Assembly: GCF_044704955.1 (NCBI RefSeq)
Contig: NC_091987.1
Coordinates: forward strand, 54,374,001 to 54,438,000
Source: Pristiophorus japonicus
Lineage: Eukaryota
DNA length: 64,000 nt
Reading direction: 5' to 3'
Part shown: positions 1 to 11,649 of the stretch, in pieces
How the letters are laid out: each line of letters opens with the position of its first letter
Position numbering within the stretch: the stretch's first letter is position 1
Position numbers and translations under genes: made by a program
The notes under the pieces: model-generated
What the model saw: only the letters and a program-made list of their open reading frames with translations
What the model was told of the DNA's origin: nothing
Database searches by the model: none

Positions 1-2176
1 CCCTCACTAAGGAACAGCAAGAGACCTTCCTGAGTTTGAAAAAGGCTTTGTGTTCGGCACCGGCTCTGGGAATCCCCGACAGTGGTAAGCCATTTACCCT
101 GTTTGTCCATGAGAAAGAAGGATATATGACAGCTATACTGACACAGGAACATGGGGATCGGCAAAGAACTATTGGCTATTATTCGGCAAATCTGGATGCG
201 ATAGCCCTCAGATGGGGAAGTTGCCTAAGGGCCATGGAAGCTACATGTCGAGCGGTAATGACCATTGCGGGTCTAGTCCTCGATCAAAAGCTGATTGTCA
301 AGTGTCCTCACACCGTACATGCTTTGCTGTCTATGAATAGAATGTCTCAGGTGACAGCAGCTAGATGGACCCGCTGGACTGCAGTTTTGGAAGCTCCTAA
401 TCTCCATATCGTCTGGGCCAGCCCGGTTAATCTTGCAACTATGCTCCCGATGTCAGAATCGAGGGAGCAAGAGGGGGGAGAATGTGAAGAGCATGACTGC
501 ATGGAGATTTTAAAAGAAACAGAAGAAGCAGCCTTAGCAGCAGAGGAGCTTCTGCACAACCCAGACCTCATCCTGTTTACAGATGGTTCCTCCTTTGTTG
601 ACAATGGTACCAGAAAAGCAGGATGGGCAGTTATAACCTTATATGAGGTAGTGGCAAAAGGATGTTTACCCTCAGGAACATCAGCACAACAGGCCAAATT
701 ACGGGCCCTGTCAGAAGCATGTTGAATAGCAGAAGGACAGACAGCTAATGTCTACACAGATTCGCGTTATGCTTTTGGAGTCGCTCACGACTTTGGTCTG
801 TTATGGCGGAAAAGAGGATTCCTCACTGCTGCTGGTACACCTATCCGAAATGGAAAAGAAGTCCGAGACTTACTGGAGGCCATACAATTACCTCAGGAAG
901 TGTCCATCCTGAAGTGTAAGGCCCATACCAAGGAAAATACCACAGAAGCTCAGGGAAATGCCCTAGCCGACCAGGCAGCTAAAGATACCGCCTCACAGGG
1001 CGTTCCTCCAGAAGAACCAACAGAGATGTGCAGATTGAAAGCACTCAGGACTCTGACACGAGACCTTCAAACAATGCAAGGTGAGTGCTCCCGAGAGGAA
1101 AAACGGACATGGATTGAGGCAGGAATTAAGCTATGCGAAGATGGTGTCTGGAGACAAAGAGTTACTGACAAACCAGTCGTGCCACAAGCGCTTATGCCTT
1201 TTTTAGCCCAACAGTTCCACTCGTGGACACTTGGCCTCACAACAGATGACGGCACGGTTCCAGAAAAGCTGGTAGGGTCGGGGATTTAAAAAACATGCCC
1301 AGCTGGTAGCAGACCGCTGTGTGGTCTGTCAGAAAAATAATTCTGGACCCATCACAGTAATGCCCCAACTGAGGCCTCCTGCCCCTGTCGGACCATTCCA
1401 GCATCTGCAGGTTGATTATATATCTCTTCCTTCATGCCAAGGATACACTAACATTCTTGTCATGGTCGACAGATTCTCTAGATGGGTAGAAGCTGTCCCA
1501 ACTAAAAGAGCCACAGCCAATCACACTGCAAAGGTCATGTGTAAGGATTACATTCCCCGATGGGGAATCCCAAATAGCATTGACTCAGATCAGGGAACAC
1601 ACTTCACAGGTGCTGTCTGCCAAGAATTCTGTAGGTTACTGAACATTACATGGGATTTACACTGTCCTTATCATCCACAATCATCAGGACAAGTAGAGCG
1701 AATGAATCGAACTCTGAAACAACTATCACCAAGAAAGAACACCATGGCCCCAGGCACTACCAATACTGCTATGTAGCATTAGGGCAACCCCAAACAGAAC
1801 TACAGGTCTAAGCCCATTTGAAATTATAACAGGAAGACCCATGTCGCTGCTAGGAACTATTGATTTACGGAAAGCTGATGTTCACTTAATGAGTGACACT
1901 TTGTTATCATACTGCCAGAACCTAACCAATACTATTAGTTCTGTTTCCCGACAGGTATCGGCAGCTTGGGGTAATCCACCCAAAGGAGGACACGACATAA
2001 TTCCTGGAGTCTGGGTCTATGTGAAAAAGTTACATAAAGAACCTTTGGGTGCCAAGTGGGAGAGACCTTATCAAGTGTTATTGACCACCCAAGCAGCTGT
2101 TAAAGTCCAAGGAAAGAAAGCCTGGATCCACGCCTCACACGTTAAACGAGCACCCGTAACTGAAGCTGAAATCTGA
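1..2176 (+). pseudogene. pol: Retroviral pol (connection domain, RNase H, integrase), broken by stops and frameshifts
   Basis: ORFs 36-725 (PALGIPD..PFTLFV; FTDGSS; SAQQAKL), VYTDSRYAFG just after the stop, 900-1289 (KCKAH..GNALAD), 1321-1776 (QVDYI, DRFSRW, SDQGTHF, PYHPQSSGQVER), 1841-2176 (KWERPYQVLLTT..WIHASHVK). Confidence 0.95.
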
Positions 2177-2200
2177 TAAGGACAATTACATTTTGCCAAA

Positions 2201-3551
2201 ATGTATAAATTTACTGTATTACTGACTATAGGTATTCTAGGCATATGCCTACTTCTTACTAGCCGACCCGCTGCACCAAAGGGAAATAGTAGAGTACAAG
2301 GGAATTACATGTAAATATCTTTTTATATATGTCATACATGTATGCCAAACAAGGTAACATTTCCAGTTGTTGGGTATGTGCGCATATTCCTCTTCACTCA
2401 AAGGGAGGGAGTCCCTTGAGCCCAGTTCCCTTCACTATCTCGGAAATGGCTGAGTGGATAATTAATCAAAACAAAACAGGCAATGCGTTTCAGGATACGG
2501 AAAACTGGGCACATAAATGGAAATCAGCAGGTTACAATCTGACTACCTTTGAAGTGGGATACCAACCATGCTACAATAATTCCAAAAGGCCCCCATTTTT
2601 TGTTATCACTAATACAACGGGAATAGGAAGACCGGGGGAATCAGTCTGTCTGATTAGAAACATCAAATGAGGCCAAAATATGGGGTATAGTAACTGCTCC
2701 CAGAATTATAATGTAATCAAGCCACTGAACCGTCCAAACTGGGCTGATATGGGAATTCTTAACGTAACGGGGATTCTGAATATAACAGATGGAAAAGCCT
2801 GGACAGGCCCCGGAGTGTTGCTGACAAAGAAACAGCTAACATTCATTGCCTATAATGGCACCTATTGGGTGTGTGGCCACAAGGCCTACCCTTGGCTGCC
2901 ACAGAATTGGACGGGATCCTGCTATTTAGCCTATATTGTGCCATATATGTATCATATAAAGTCACTGTCAGAACATTTACACCATCCTAAGAGAGCTATC
3001 ACAGAAACAGAGAGGTTCTTTGCCATTCTGATCCCCAGGTATGGGATCGCCAGACTGGCAAGGGAATCCATTAACATGGCATCTGTTGTGGAACGGTAGC
3101 TAATAATACTTCAGAGGCGCTAGTTAAAATCAATGCAGAAATGGTAGCAATCCGCACAGTAGTCCTACAGAATAGACTGGCCCTTGACTACATCCTGGCT
3201 GAAAAGGGAGGTACTTGCGCTCTACTCGGAACTGAGTGTTGCACGTATATCCCAGATAGCTCTGAAGAAATTATCCACTGAGCGGAGCATATCCAAAAGG
3301 AGGTAGAAAAACTTAAGCAACCCCCATCATTCACTTTGTGGAGCGGAGCCACTGAATGGCTAGGTTCAATAGGAACTTCATTGGTGGAAAGTTTAATTCT
3401 ATTCGTTGTAATTATTTTACTTTTATATTGTTTGTTTATGTTGATTAAATGTTGTTGCGACCAAACAGCTGTAGCTGCTGTCCCGCAGGTGAGACACCTT
3501 GCAGGTCCCAGCAGACCATCTGTATGTGGCACAGGGGTATGTTATGCTTAA
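2201..3551 (+). pseudogene. env: Retroviral env (gamma-type SU/TM), disrupted
   Basis: Signal peptide MYKFTVLLTIGILGICLLL from ATG 2201; CWVC motif; many N-X-S/T sites; cleavage site HPKR/AI; immunosuppressive domain [16 protein letters not shown]; CX6CC (CALLGTECC); membrane anchor LILFVVIILLLYCLFMLI. Stops near 2670, 3099 and 3280. Confidence 0.93.
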
Positions 3552-3826
3552 GGGAAGGTTGTTTACTGATTGAATTAAGATATTGATTTGGATTAAATTA
3601 GAATAAGGTTAATTAACCTACTAAAACCAGACTTCCATTGTGGCCACGATGGAATTCGAGTTGGTGTAAATTTGTGTGGAAGCTACTAGTCCGGACATGT
3701 GGCGAGACACATCAACAAATTTTAGAAGGAAACTCGATTAACATGTATGAAATTATTTTGTAGAATGTTTAACCAGTGATAGCTGATGTTTTATGATTCA
3801 GTTTGTGAAAGAATCAAAGGGGGGAT

Positions 3827-4187
3827 TGATAGAGAATTCAAAAAGGCTGCATTCAGACAGGCTATGAGAATACACAGACTTCCCAGTCAGAGCTGCTACA
3901 TGAGTGGGAGCATGTTGCATTAAGTCATCAATCAACTTGACATTTTAGGACCTTTGGTAGCGAGCCAATTAAAGGTTAACAGAATATCAATTGAGCCAAT
4001 AAGGTCAAAGAAGGCGCGTTCTTTTCTGTAAACTGATCCGGTATATGAACAGCCATTTTGGCCATGTGTTCTCAGTAAGACAAAGGAACTGGCAATCAGC
4101 CAGAAGCTTATTGCTGCTGCCAGAATAAAAGTTATGTTAAAACTACAACCGGAGTTCGCATTTCATTGAAAATTAAGAGATCTAACA
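3827..4187 (+). repeat. ERV 3' LTR (~361 bp)
   Basis: PPT AAAGGGGGGA at 3816-3825; ends TGATAGA...TCTAACA (imperfect inverted); two GAGCCAAT boxes; AATAAA at 4124-4129. Confidence 0.88.
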
Positions 4188-5687
4188 ACATTAACGATTT
4201 AGATGAAGGAATTGAGTGTAATATCTCCAAGTTTGCGGATGACACTAAACTGGGTGGCGGTGTGAGCCGTGAGGAGGGCGCTAAGAGATTGCAGGGTGAC
4301 TTGGACAGGTTAGGTGAGTGGGAAAATGCATGGCAGATGCAGTATAATGTGGATAAATGTGAGGTTATCCATTTTGGGGGCAAAAACACGAAGGCAGAAT
4401 ATTATCTGAATGGCGGCAGATTAGGAAAAGGGGAAGTGCAATGAGACCCAGGTGTCATGGTTCATCAGTCACTGAAAGTGGGCATGCAGGTACAGCAGGC
4501 GGTGAAGAAGGCAAATGGTATTTTGGCCTTCATAGCTAGGGGATTTGAGTATAGGAGCAAGGAGGTCTTACTGCAGTTGTACAGGGCCTTGGTGAGGCCT
4601 CACATGGAATATTGTGTTCAGTTTTGGTCTCCTTACATAAGGAAGGATATACTAGCTTTGGAGGGGGTACACAGATGATTCACTAGGCTGATTCCGGAGA
4701 TGAGGGGGTTACCTTATGATGATAGATTGAGTAGACTGGGTCTTTACTCGTTGGAGTTCAGAAGGATGAGGGGTGATCTTATAGAAACATTTAAAATAAT
4801 GAAAGACAAGATAAAGACAGAGAGGTTGTTTCCACTGGTCGAGGAGACTAGAACTAGAGCCTCAAAATACGGGGGAGCCAATTTAAAGCCGATTTGAGAA
4901 GGAATTTCTTCTCCCAGAGGGTTATGAATCTGTGGAATTCTCTGCCCAAGGAAACAGTTGAGGCTAGCTCATTGAATGTATTCAAGTCACAGATAGATAG
5001 ATTTTTAACCAATAAGGGAATTAAGGGTTATGGGGAGCGGGCGGGTAAGTGGAGCTGAGTCCACGGCCAGATCAGCCATGATCTTGTTGAATGGCGGAGC
5101 AGGCTCGAGGGGTAGATGGCCTACTCCTGTTCCTAATTCTTATGTTCTTATGTTCTTATGCTCTAATCTGAGGAAGGAAGTTCTTGCTCTTGAGGGTTCA
5201 CCAGACTGCTTCCAGGGATGGCTGGACTGACATATGAAGAGCGACTGGATCAACTGGGCCTTTATTCACTGGAGTTTAGAAGGATGAGAGGGGATCTCTT
5301 AGAAACGTATAAGATTCTGACGGGACTGGACAGGTTAAATGCGGGAAGAATGTTCCCGATGTTGGAGATGTTCAAAACCAGGGGACATAATCTTAGGATA
5401 AGGGGTAGGCCATTTAGGACTGAAATGAAGAGAAACTTCTTCATTCAGAGAGTTGTCAACCTGCGGAATTCCCTACTGCAGAGAGTTGTTGATTCCAGTT
5501 CATTGGATATATTCAAGAGGGAGTTAGATATGGCCCTTACGGCTAAAGAGATCAAGGGGTATGGTGAGAAAGCAGGAAAGGGGTACTGAGGTGAATGATC
5601 AGCCATGATCTTATTGAATGGTGGTGCAGGCTTGAAGGGCTGAATGGCCTACTCCTGCACCTATTTTCTATGTGTCTATGTTTCTAT
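4188..5687 (+). mobile_element. CR1 LINE 3' part (subfamily A), interrupted upstream by the ERV and internally by a second CR1
   Basis: RT motifs INDLDEG, KFADDTK, LVRPH.EYCVQFW; resumes at 5161 (CTCTAATCTGAGGAAG); tail CTATGTGTCTATGTTTCTATG at ~5667-5687. Confidence 0.9.
4631..5160 (+). mobile_element. 5'-truncated CR1 (subfamily B) nested in CR1-A
   Basis: Nearly identical to 59550-60094 and 30634-31050; ends in a (TTCTTATG)n tail. Confidence 0.85.
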
Positions 5688-5969
5688 GAAAGGTCCCGTG
5701 GTGGCATGATAGCTGCAAGCGCCTTACGTCAGGAGCTTATCAATGATCACTTTGCCTGAAAGAACGTTGGTGTTATTTACAAGGCTGACACACTGCTGGG
5801 TGTGCAGGTCATACATCAATGGTAGGCATCACTTAAAGTTTAAGTTGATCGAAGTTAAGTGTAATTATACCTCTTGATGTTAAGGAATCACCAGCGTGTA
5901 ACGGTGCAGCTATCCGAGCCAATGCACTGCAAGATTTTGTTAAATAAAAAACATTCAAACTGAACATTA

Positions 5970-8333
5970 CATAGAAACATAGAAAATAGGTGCAGGAGCA
6001 GGCCATTCAGCCCTTCTAGCCTGCACCGCCATTCAATGAGTTCATGGCTGAACATGAAACTTCAGTACCCCCTTCCTGCTTTCTCGCCATAACCCTTGAT
6101 CCCCCGAGTAGTAAGAACTTCATCTAACTCCCTTTTGAATATATTTAGTGAATTGGCCTCAACTACTTTCTGTGGTAGAGAATTCCACAGGTTCACCACT
6201 CTCTGGGTGAAGAAGTTTCTCCTCATCTCGGTCCTAAATGGCTTACCCCTTATCCTCAGACTGTGACCCCTGGTTCTGGACTTCCCCAACATTGGGAACA
6301 TTCTTTCTGCATCTAACCTGTCTAAACCCATCAGAATTTTAAACGTTTCTATGAGGTCCCCTCTCATTCTTCTGAACTCCAGTGAATACAAGCCCAGTTG
6401 ATCCAATCTTTCTTGATAGGTCAGTCCCGCCATCCCGGGAATCAGTCTGGTGAACCTTCGCTGCACTCCCTCAATAGCAAGAATGTCCTTCCTCAAGTTA
6501 GGAGACCAAAACTGTACACAATACTCCAGGTGTGGCCTCACCAAGGCCCTGTACAACTGTAGCAACACCTCCCTGCCCCTGTATTCAAATCCCCTCGCTA
6601 TGAAGGCCAACATGCCATTTGCTTTCTTAACCGCCTGCTGTACCTGCATGCTAACCTTCAATGACTGATGTACCATGACACCCAGGTCTCGTTGCACCTT
6701 CCCTTTTCCTAATCTGTCACCATTCAGATAATAGTCTGTCTCTCTGTTTTTACCACCAAAGTGGATAACCTCACATTTATCCACATTATACTTCATCTGC
6801 CATGTATTTGCCCACTCACCTAACCTATCCAAGTCACTCTGCAGCCTAATAGCATCCTCCTCGCAGCTCACACTGCCACCCAACTTAGTATCATCCGCAA
6901 ATTTGGAGATACTGCATTTAATCCCCTCGTCTAAATCATTAATGTACAATGTAAACAGCTGGGGCCCCAGCACAGAACCTTGCGGCACTCCACTAGTCAC
7001 TGCCTGCCATTCTGAAAAGTACCCGTTTACTCCTACTCTTTGCTTCCTGTCTGACAACCAGTTCTCAATCCACGTCAGCACACTACCCCCAATCCCATGT
7101 GCTTTAACTTTGCACATTAATCTCTTGTGTGGGACCTTGTCGAAAGCCTTCTGAAAGTCCAAATATACCACATCAACTGGTTCTCCTTTGTCCACTTTAC
7201 TGGAAACATCCTCAAAAAATTCCAGAAGATTTGTCAAGCATGATTTCCCTTTCACAAATCCATGCTGACTTGGACCTATCATGTCACCATTTTCCAGATG
7301 CACTGCTATGACATCCTTAATAATTGATTCCATCATTTTACCCACGACTGAGGTCAGGCTGACCGGTCTATAATTCCCTGTTTTCTCTCTCCCTCCTTTT
7401 TTAAAAAGTGGGGTTACATTGGCTACCCTCCACTCCATAGGAACTGATCCAGAGTCAATGGAATGTTGAAAAATGACTGTCAATGCATCCGCTATTTCCA
7501 AGGCCACCTCCTTAAGTACTCTAGGATGCAGTCCATCAGGCCCTGGGGATTTATCGGCCTTCAATCCCATCAATTTCCCCAACACAATTTCCCGACTAAT
7601 AAAGATTTCCCTCAGTTCCCCCTCCTTACTAGACCCTCTGACCCCTTTTATATCCGGAAGGTTGTTTGTATCCTCCTTAGTGAATACCGAACCAAAGTAC
7701 TTGTTCAATTGGTCTGCCATTTCTTTGTTCCCCGTTATGACTTCCCCTGATTCTGACTGCAGGGGACCTACGTTTGTCTTCACCAACCTTTTTCTCTTTA
7801 CATACCTATAGAAACTTTTGCAATCCGCCTTAATGTTCCCTGCAAGCTTCTTCTCGTACTCCATTTTCCCTGCCCTAATCAAACCCTTTGTCCTCCTCTG
7901 CTGAGTTCTAAATTTCTCCCAGTCCCCAGGTTCGCTGCTATTTCTGGCCAATTTGTATGCCACTTCCTTGGCTTTAATACTATCCCTGATTTCCCTAGAT
8001 AGCCACGGTTGAGCCACCTTCCCTTTTTTATTTTTACGCCAGACAGGAATGTACAATTGTTGTAATTCATCCATGCGGTCTCTAAATGTCTGCCATTGCC
8101 CATCCACAGTCAACCCCCTAAGTATCATTCGCCAATCTATCCTAGCCAATTCACACCTCATACCTTCAAAGTTACCCTTCTTTAAGTTCTGGACCATGGT
8201 CTCTGAAATTACTGTTTCATTCTCCATCCTAATGCAGAATTCCACCATATTATGGTCACTCTTCCCCAAGGGGCCTCGCACAATGAGATTGCTAATTAAT
8301 CCTCTCTCATTACACAACACCCAGTCTAAGATG
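5970..8333 (-). mobile_element. Young 5'-truncated CR1 LINE (subfamily C)
   Basis: Tail (CATAGAAA)n at ~5970-5985; contains the 752-aa ORF below. Confidence 0.95.
6062..8320 (-). CDS. CR1 ORF2 segment: end of APE endonuclease (SDH) plus complete reverse transcriptase; uninterrupted but 5'-truncated
   Basis: PLGKSDH, KSPGPDG, NYRPVSLTS, QHGF, LDFQKAFDKV, GVPQGSVLGP, FADDTK, RTRGH motifs; no stop over 752 codons. Confidence 0.93.
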   Translation of the reverse strand: MLCNERGLISNLIVRGPLGKSDHNMVEFCIRMENETVISETMVQNLKKGNFEGMRCELARIDWRMILRGLTVDGQWQTFRDRMDELQQLYIPVWRKNKKGKVAQPWLSREIRDSIKAKEVAYKLARNSSEPGDWEKFRTQQRRTKGLIRAGKMEYEKKLAGNIKADCKSFYRYVKRKRLVKTNVGPLQSESGEVITGNKEMADQLNKYFGSVFTKEDTNNLPDIKGVRGSSKEGELREIFISREIVLGKLMGLKADKSPGPDGLHPRVLKEVALEIADALTVIFQHSIDSGSVPMEWRVANVTPLFKKGGREKTGNYRPVSLTSVVGKMMESIIKDVIAVHLENGDMIGPSQHGFVKGKSCLTNLLEFFEDVSSKVDKGEPVDVVYLDFQKAFDKVPHKRLMCKVKAHGIGGSVLTWIENWLSDRKQRVGVNGYFSEWQAVTSGVPQGSVLGPQLFTLYINDLDEGIKCSISKFADDTKLGGSVSCEEDAIRLQSDLDRLGEWANTWQMKYNVDKCEVIHFGGKNRETDYYLNGDRLGKGKVQRDLGVMVHQSLKVSMQVQQAVKKANGMLAFIARGFEYRGREVLLQLYRALVRPHLEYCVQFWSPNLRKDILAIEGVQRRFTRLIPGMAGLTYQERLDQLGLYSLEFRRMRGDLIETFKILMGLDRLDAERMFPMLGKSRTRGHSLRIRGKPFRTEMRRNFFTQRVVNLWNSLPQKVVEANSLNIFKRELDEVLTTRGIKGYGEKAGRGY

Positions 8334-9289
8334 GCCCCCCCCCGAAATCATCAGTATTTCTGTACAAACCAACCCTTCCGCCCGCCCCGCCCCACCCCCC
8401 CGCTTCTCCTCCCCACCTCTACCCCTTCCCCTCCTGACTCCAAGCCATCTGGCCAAGGAGCTCCTCAGGTGATGCTTCATTGGTGGGGGGGAAGGGTGAC
8501 AGCTGAAATGCTGCTTAGACGGATATGGGAGAGGACGGTCCCGAGGTGGGAACATGCCCCGAGCCGGAAGCTAGATTTTGCTGCTGGCTCTCATGTGTGG
8601 TTGGCAATGGGGGTGCGGCACCTTGGGGGGGTGCATGCCGCGCTCCGGGACCACGGGGAGCCCTCTGCCACCAGTGTTCCTGGCTACCAGTTCCAGGGCC
8701 TCCTCCATCCCTTCCATGTTATATCTTATTCGTTGGACAAAAGCTCAGTGCTAACTATGTTCTTGATGCTTAGTAGGCTTTTTGCTACTGGTGAATCTCC
8801 CTTGTGCCTCCCACAACAGCCAGACAAGCATACACCACAGCCACTCAAGCTTTCAGTGCCTCTATCTCCTCTTCTACACATGTCATGATGACCCTTGACC
8901 TCCTGAATCGCGGGAATCGATCGTTGCCATGCCATTGCTAAGGACGGTGACACTTTATGGCACAAGGTCAAAAACATTTCACACTACCTCCCATTTCATT
9001 TTGCTCGTGGTAACACTCATTTTCGAATGGGTGACAAGCCAGCGATCTGAAAACCCTTTTTTACTGTCCACGCCGGAAAAATCGCCCAAACACAAAAGTG
9101 GAGGTTCTAGCTCACAGTATTTTATCGCTGTAATGGATATGTTCCATAACCTCCTGCTGTTGAAAGAAAGCATGGCAGAGAGATCAGCAGGCTCCTAAAA
9201 TATACTGACTACACTTGCTGTTGAATCACCAACCATTTTGGCTTTGGCATACCTAACTATCAATGACTAGGTTCTGGGTCAACAGGGAG

Positions 9290-9440
9290 CGATAAGGGAG
9301 TCAAGGGTTATGGGGAGCTTGCAGGGAAGTGGAGTTGAAGTGAAGATCATATCAACCATGATCTTACTGAATGATGGAGCAGGCTCAAGGGACCAAACGG
9401 CCTACTCCTGCTCCTACTTCTTATGTTCTTATGTTCTTAT
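9290..9440 (+). mobile_element. CR1 3' UTR/tail fragment
   Basis: AAGGGTTATGGGGAG...GGAGCAGGCTC...CTACTCCTGCTCC plus (TTCTTATG)n. Confidence 0.8.
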
Positions 9441-9915
9441 GAGCCAAATGCAAATCGTTACCATCTGTTACAAGGACATCTGCAGCCAAGCTGCATATAG
9501 ACTCAGCACTGATGTTGGCAGGCAAAATTCCATTGCCCTGAGCTTTCTGCCTCCAGCACATTTCAGGCTCGCACTGCTGTAGCTGCTGCATACTGGGCAC
9601 AAATGTATCAAACAGGTCACTGATCAGAATGGTCAACACTTGCATAGAATTTGCTGGTCCTTTCTGCATATCCTTCCTTTTCAAATGTCCAATTATCTTT
9701 TAAATGGTGCTGTAAACTGCCTCAATAGTATCATAGAATACTACAGCACAGAAGGAGGCCATTCGGTCCATCCAGCCTGCACAGGCTCTTTTGAAGAGCA
9801 ATCCAGTTAGACCCACTCCTCTGCTCTTTGCCTTTAACACAATAATCACGAATGGTAAATCATTCCATGTTCTAATGGATCCCCGAATGAAACATTTTCT
9901 TCTAATTTTCTAGTG

Positions 9916-10770
9916 TCAGCTGTGGCTCAGTGGGTAGCACTCTCGCCTCTGAGTCAGAAGATTGTAGATTCAAGTCCCATTCCATAGACTTAAGCACAAA
10001 AATCTGGGCTGACACTCCGATGCAGTGCTGAATGAGTGGATGAGAAGTTAAACCAAGGCTCTGTCTACCCTCTCAGGTGGATGTAAAAGATCCCATGCCA
10101 CTATTTTGAAGAAGAGCAGGGGAATTACCCCCAGTGTGCTGGCCAATATTTATCCCACAAACAACATAACAAAAACAAATTGGCCCAGAAATTTGGGTCA
10201 TTTGCCTCTCCCGTTTGCACCCGGACGCACGCCGCTAACGACTCCCGCTAAATTCTACGTGAGTTCAGCAGCAACCTGCAGCGCCCCGCTCCACTGCGCT
10301 GGCGATGAAAACGTCATCACCGTGCGGAGTGCCCCGATATCGCCTCAGAACAAAAATTGGGTATCGCCCCCTGAAGCTGCGCCGGGTGATGTCATCGACA
10401 GCTTCAGGGGACGTGAACCGGGCTGCAGGCTGCTCACGGGGTGATACTTAAATGAGTGGGGGCGGCCATTTAAAAAACAAATCTGCCGACTTTCTTCTGA
10501 TCCCCATTGCCGCTTTGATTGCGGGGTCCGTGCTGTGATCGGTCAGTGCATAGCACTGCGTCCCATTCCAGACCGATGTTACACGAGCACAACGGAATTT
10601 CACCCCCACGATCTAGTCAGTATCACATTGCTATTTGTGTGTACAAATTGGCTGTCGCATTTCCTACATTACAACAGTGACTTCACTTCAAAAGTACTTC
10701 ATTGGCTGTAAAGCACTTTGGGACGTCCAGTGGTTGTGAAAGGTGTTATATAATTGCAAATCTTTCTTTC
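9916..10770 (+). mobile_element. tRNA-derived Deu-domain SINE (SacSINE1-like), split by an insertion at ~10183-10607
   Basis: A box TGGCTCAGTGGG; B-box-like ATTCAAGTCCC; Deu-like core GTAAAAGATCCCATG...GAAGAGCAGGGG...GGCCAA; 3' end AAAGCACTTTGGGACGTCC...TATATAATTGCAAATCTTTCTTTC. Confidence 0.75.
10183..10607. mobile_element. GC-rich MITE-like insertion, probably Harbinger-derived
   Basis: Ends GGCCCAGAAATTT ... GGAATTTCACCCC resemble the GGGCCCGAAATT TIR family seen at 50684 and 63835; SINE sequence resumes after it. Confidence 0.5.
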
Positions 10771-10789
10771 TACGTTCCCCTGTGTTCTT

Positions 10790-11383
10790 CTGCTACAACT
10801 GGGTATTGGTGAGACCACACCTAGAGCACTGCGTACAGTTTTGATCTCCTTATTTAAGGAGGGATATACTTGCATTGGAGGCAATTCAGAGAAGGTTCAT
10901 TCGGTTGATTCCTGAGATGAAGGAGTTGATGTATGAAGAAAGGTTGAGCAGGTTGGGCCTATACACACTGGAATTTAGAAGAGTGAGAGGTGATCTTATT
11001 GAAACATATAAGAAACTGAAGGGACTCGACAAGGTAGATGCAGAGAGGATCCACTTGTGGGGCAATCTAGAACTAGGGGGCATAGTTTAAGAATAAGGGG
11101 TCGCCCATTTAGAACTGAGATGAGGAGCAATTTCCTCTCTCAGAGGGTCATAAATCTGTGGAATTCTCTGCCTCAGAGAGCTGTAGAGGCTGAATCATTG
11201 AATATATTTAAGGTGAAGATAGATAGATTTTTGAACGATAAGGGAGTGAAGGATTATGGGGAGCAGGCAGGGAAGTGGAGCTGAACCGAAGATCAGATCA
11301 GCCATGATCTTATTAAATGGCGGAGCAGGCTCGAGAGGCCAAATGGTCTACTCCCGCTCTTATTTCTTGTGTTCTTATGTCCT
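10790..11383 (+). mobile_element. CR1 3' fragment
   Basis: EAIQRRFIRLIP, RGDLIETYK, RTRGH motifs and tail. Confidence 0.88.
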
Positions 11384-11649
11384 TCTATTGACAATCCTGA
11401 ATCTACCCTTGTTCCTAATTTGTCAACCTGTGGAAGCAAGATTTCACTGTTTACTCTCTTAAATCTGTTCTATCATTTTGAAACCCTCATTGAGACTCTG
11501 CCCTACCCCACCCTTCACCTTCTCTGTCGCAGTAAAACAAAATTCAAATTTTCAAGGCATTTCTTATAACTACAATTTCCCATTCTTAATGTAATTTTAG
11601 TGAATCTTTGATTTATTCCTTATATGGTTCTGATATCCTTATAATGCCC

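Larger units (their letters stand above)
1..4187 (+). mobile_element. Endogenous retrovirus, class I (gamma/epsilon-like), 3' half: pol-env-PPT-3' LTR; decayed
   Basis: Consecutive RT-connection/RNase H, integrase and env fragments, then a polypurine tract and an LTR. CR1 sequence (YINDLDEG) resumes at 4188. Confidence 0.95.
5688..9113 (+). mobile_element. PIF/Harbinger DNA transposon, 3' part (transposase C-terminus to TIR), split by a CR1 at 5970-8333
   Basis: Encodes GGMIAASALRQELINDHFA*; colinear with 60310-61426 and with the reverse complement of 12722-13830; terminal AAAAGTGGAGGTTCTAGC at ~9094-9111. Confidence 0.88.

Noticed and set aside
8049-8888. 279-aa plus-strand ORF
   Set aside because: Antisense of CR1 ORF2 running into Harbinger subterminal sequence; a junction artefact.
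9920-9990. tRNA gene
   Set aside because: A/B boxes lead into a SINE body; no convincing cloverleaf.
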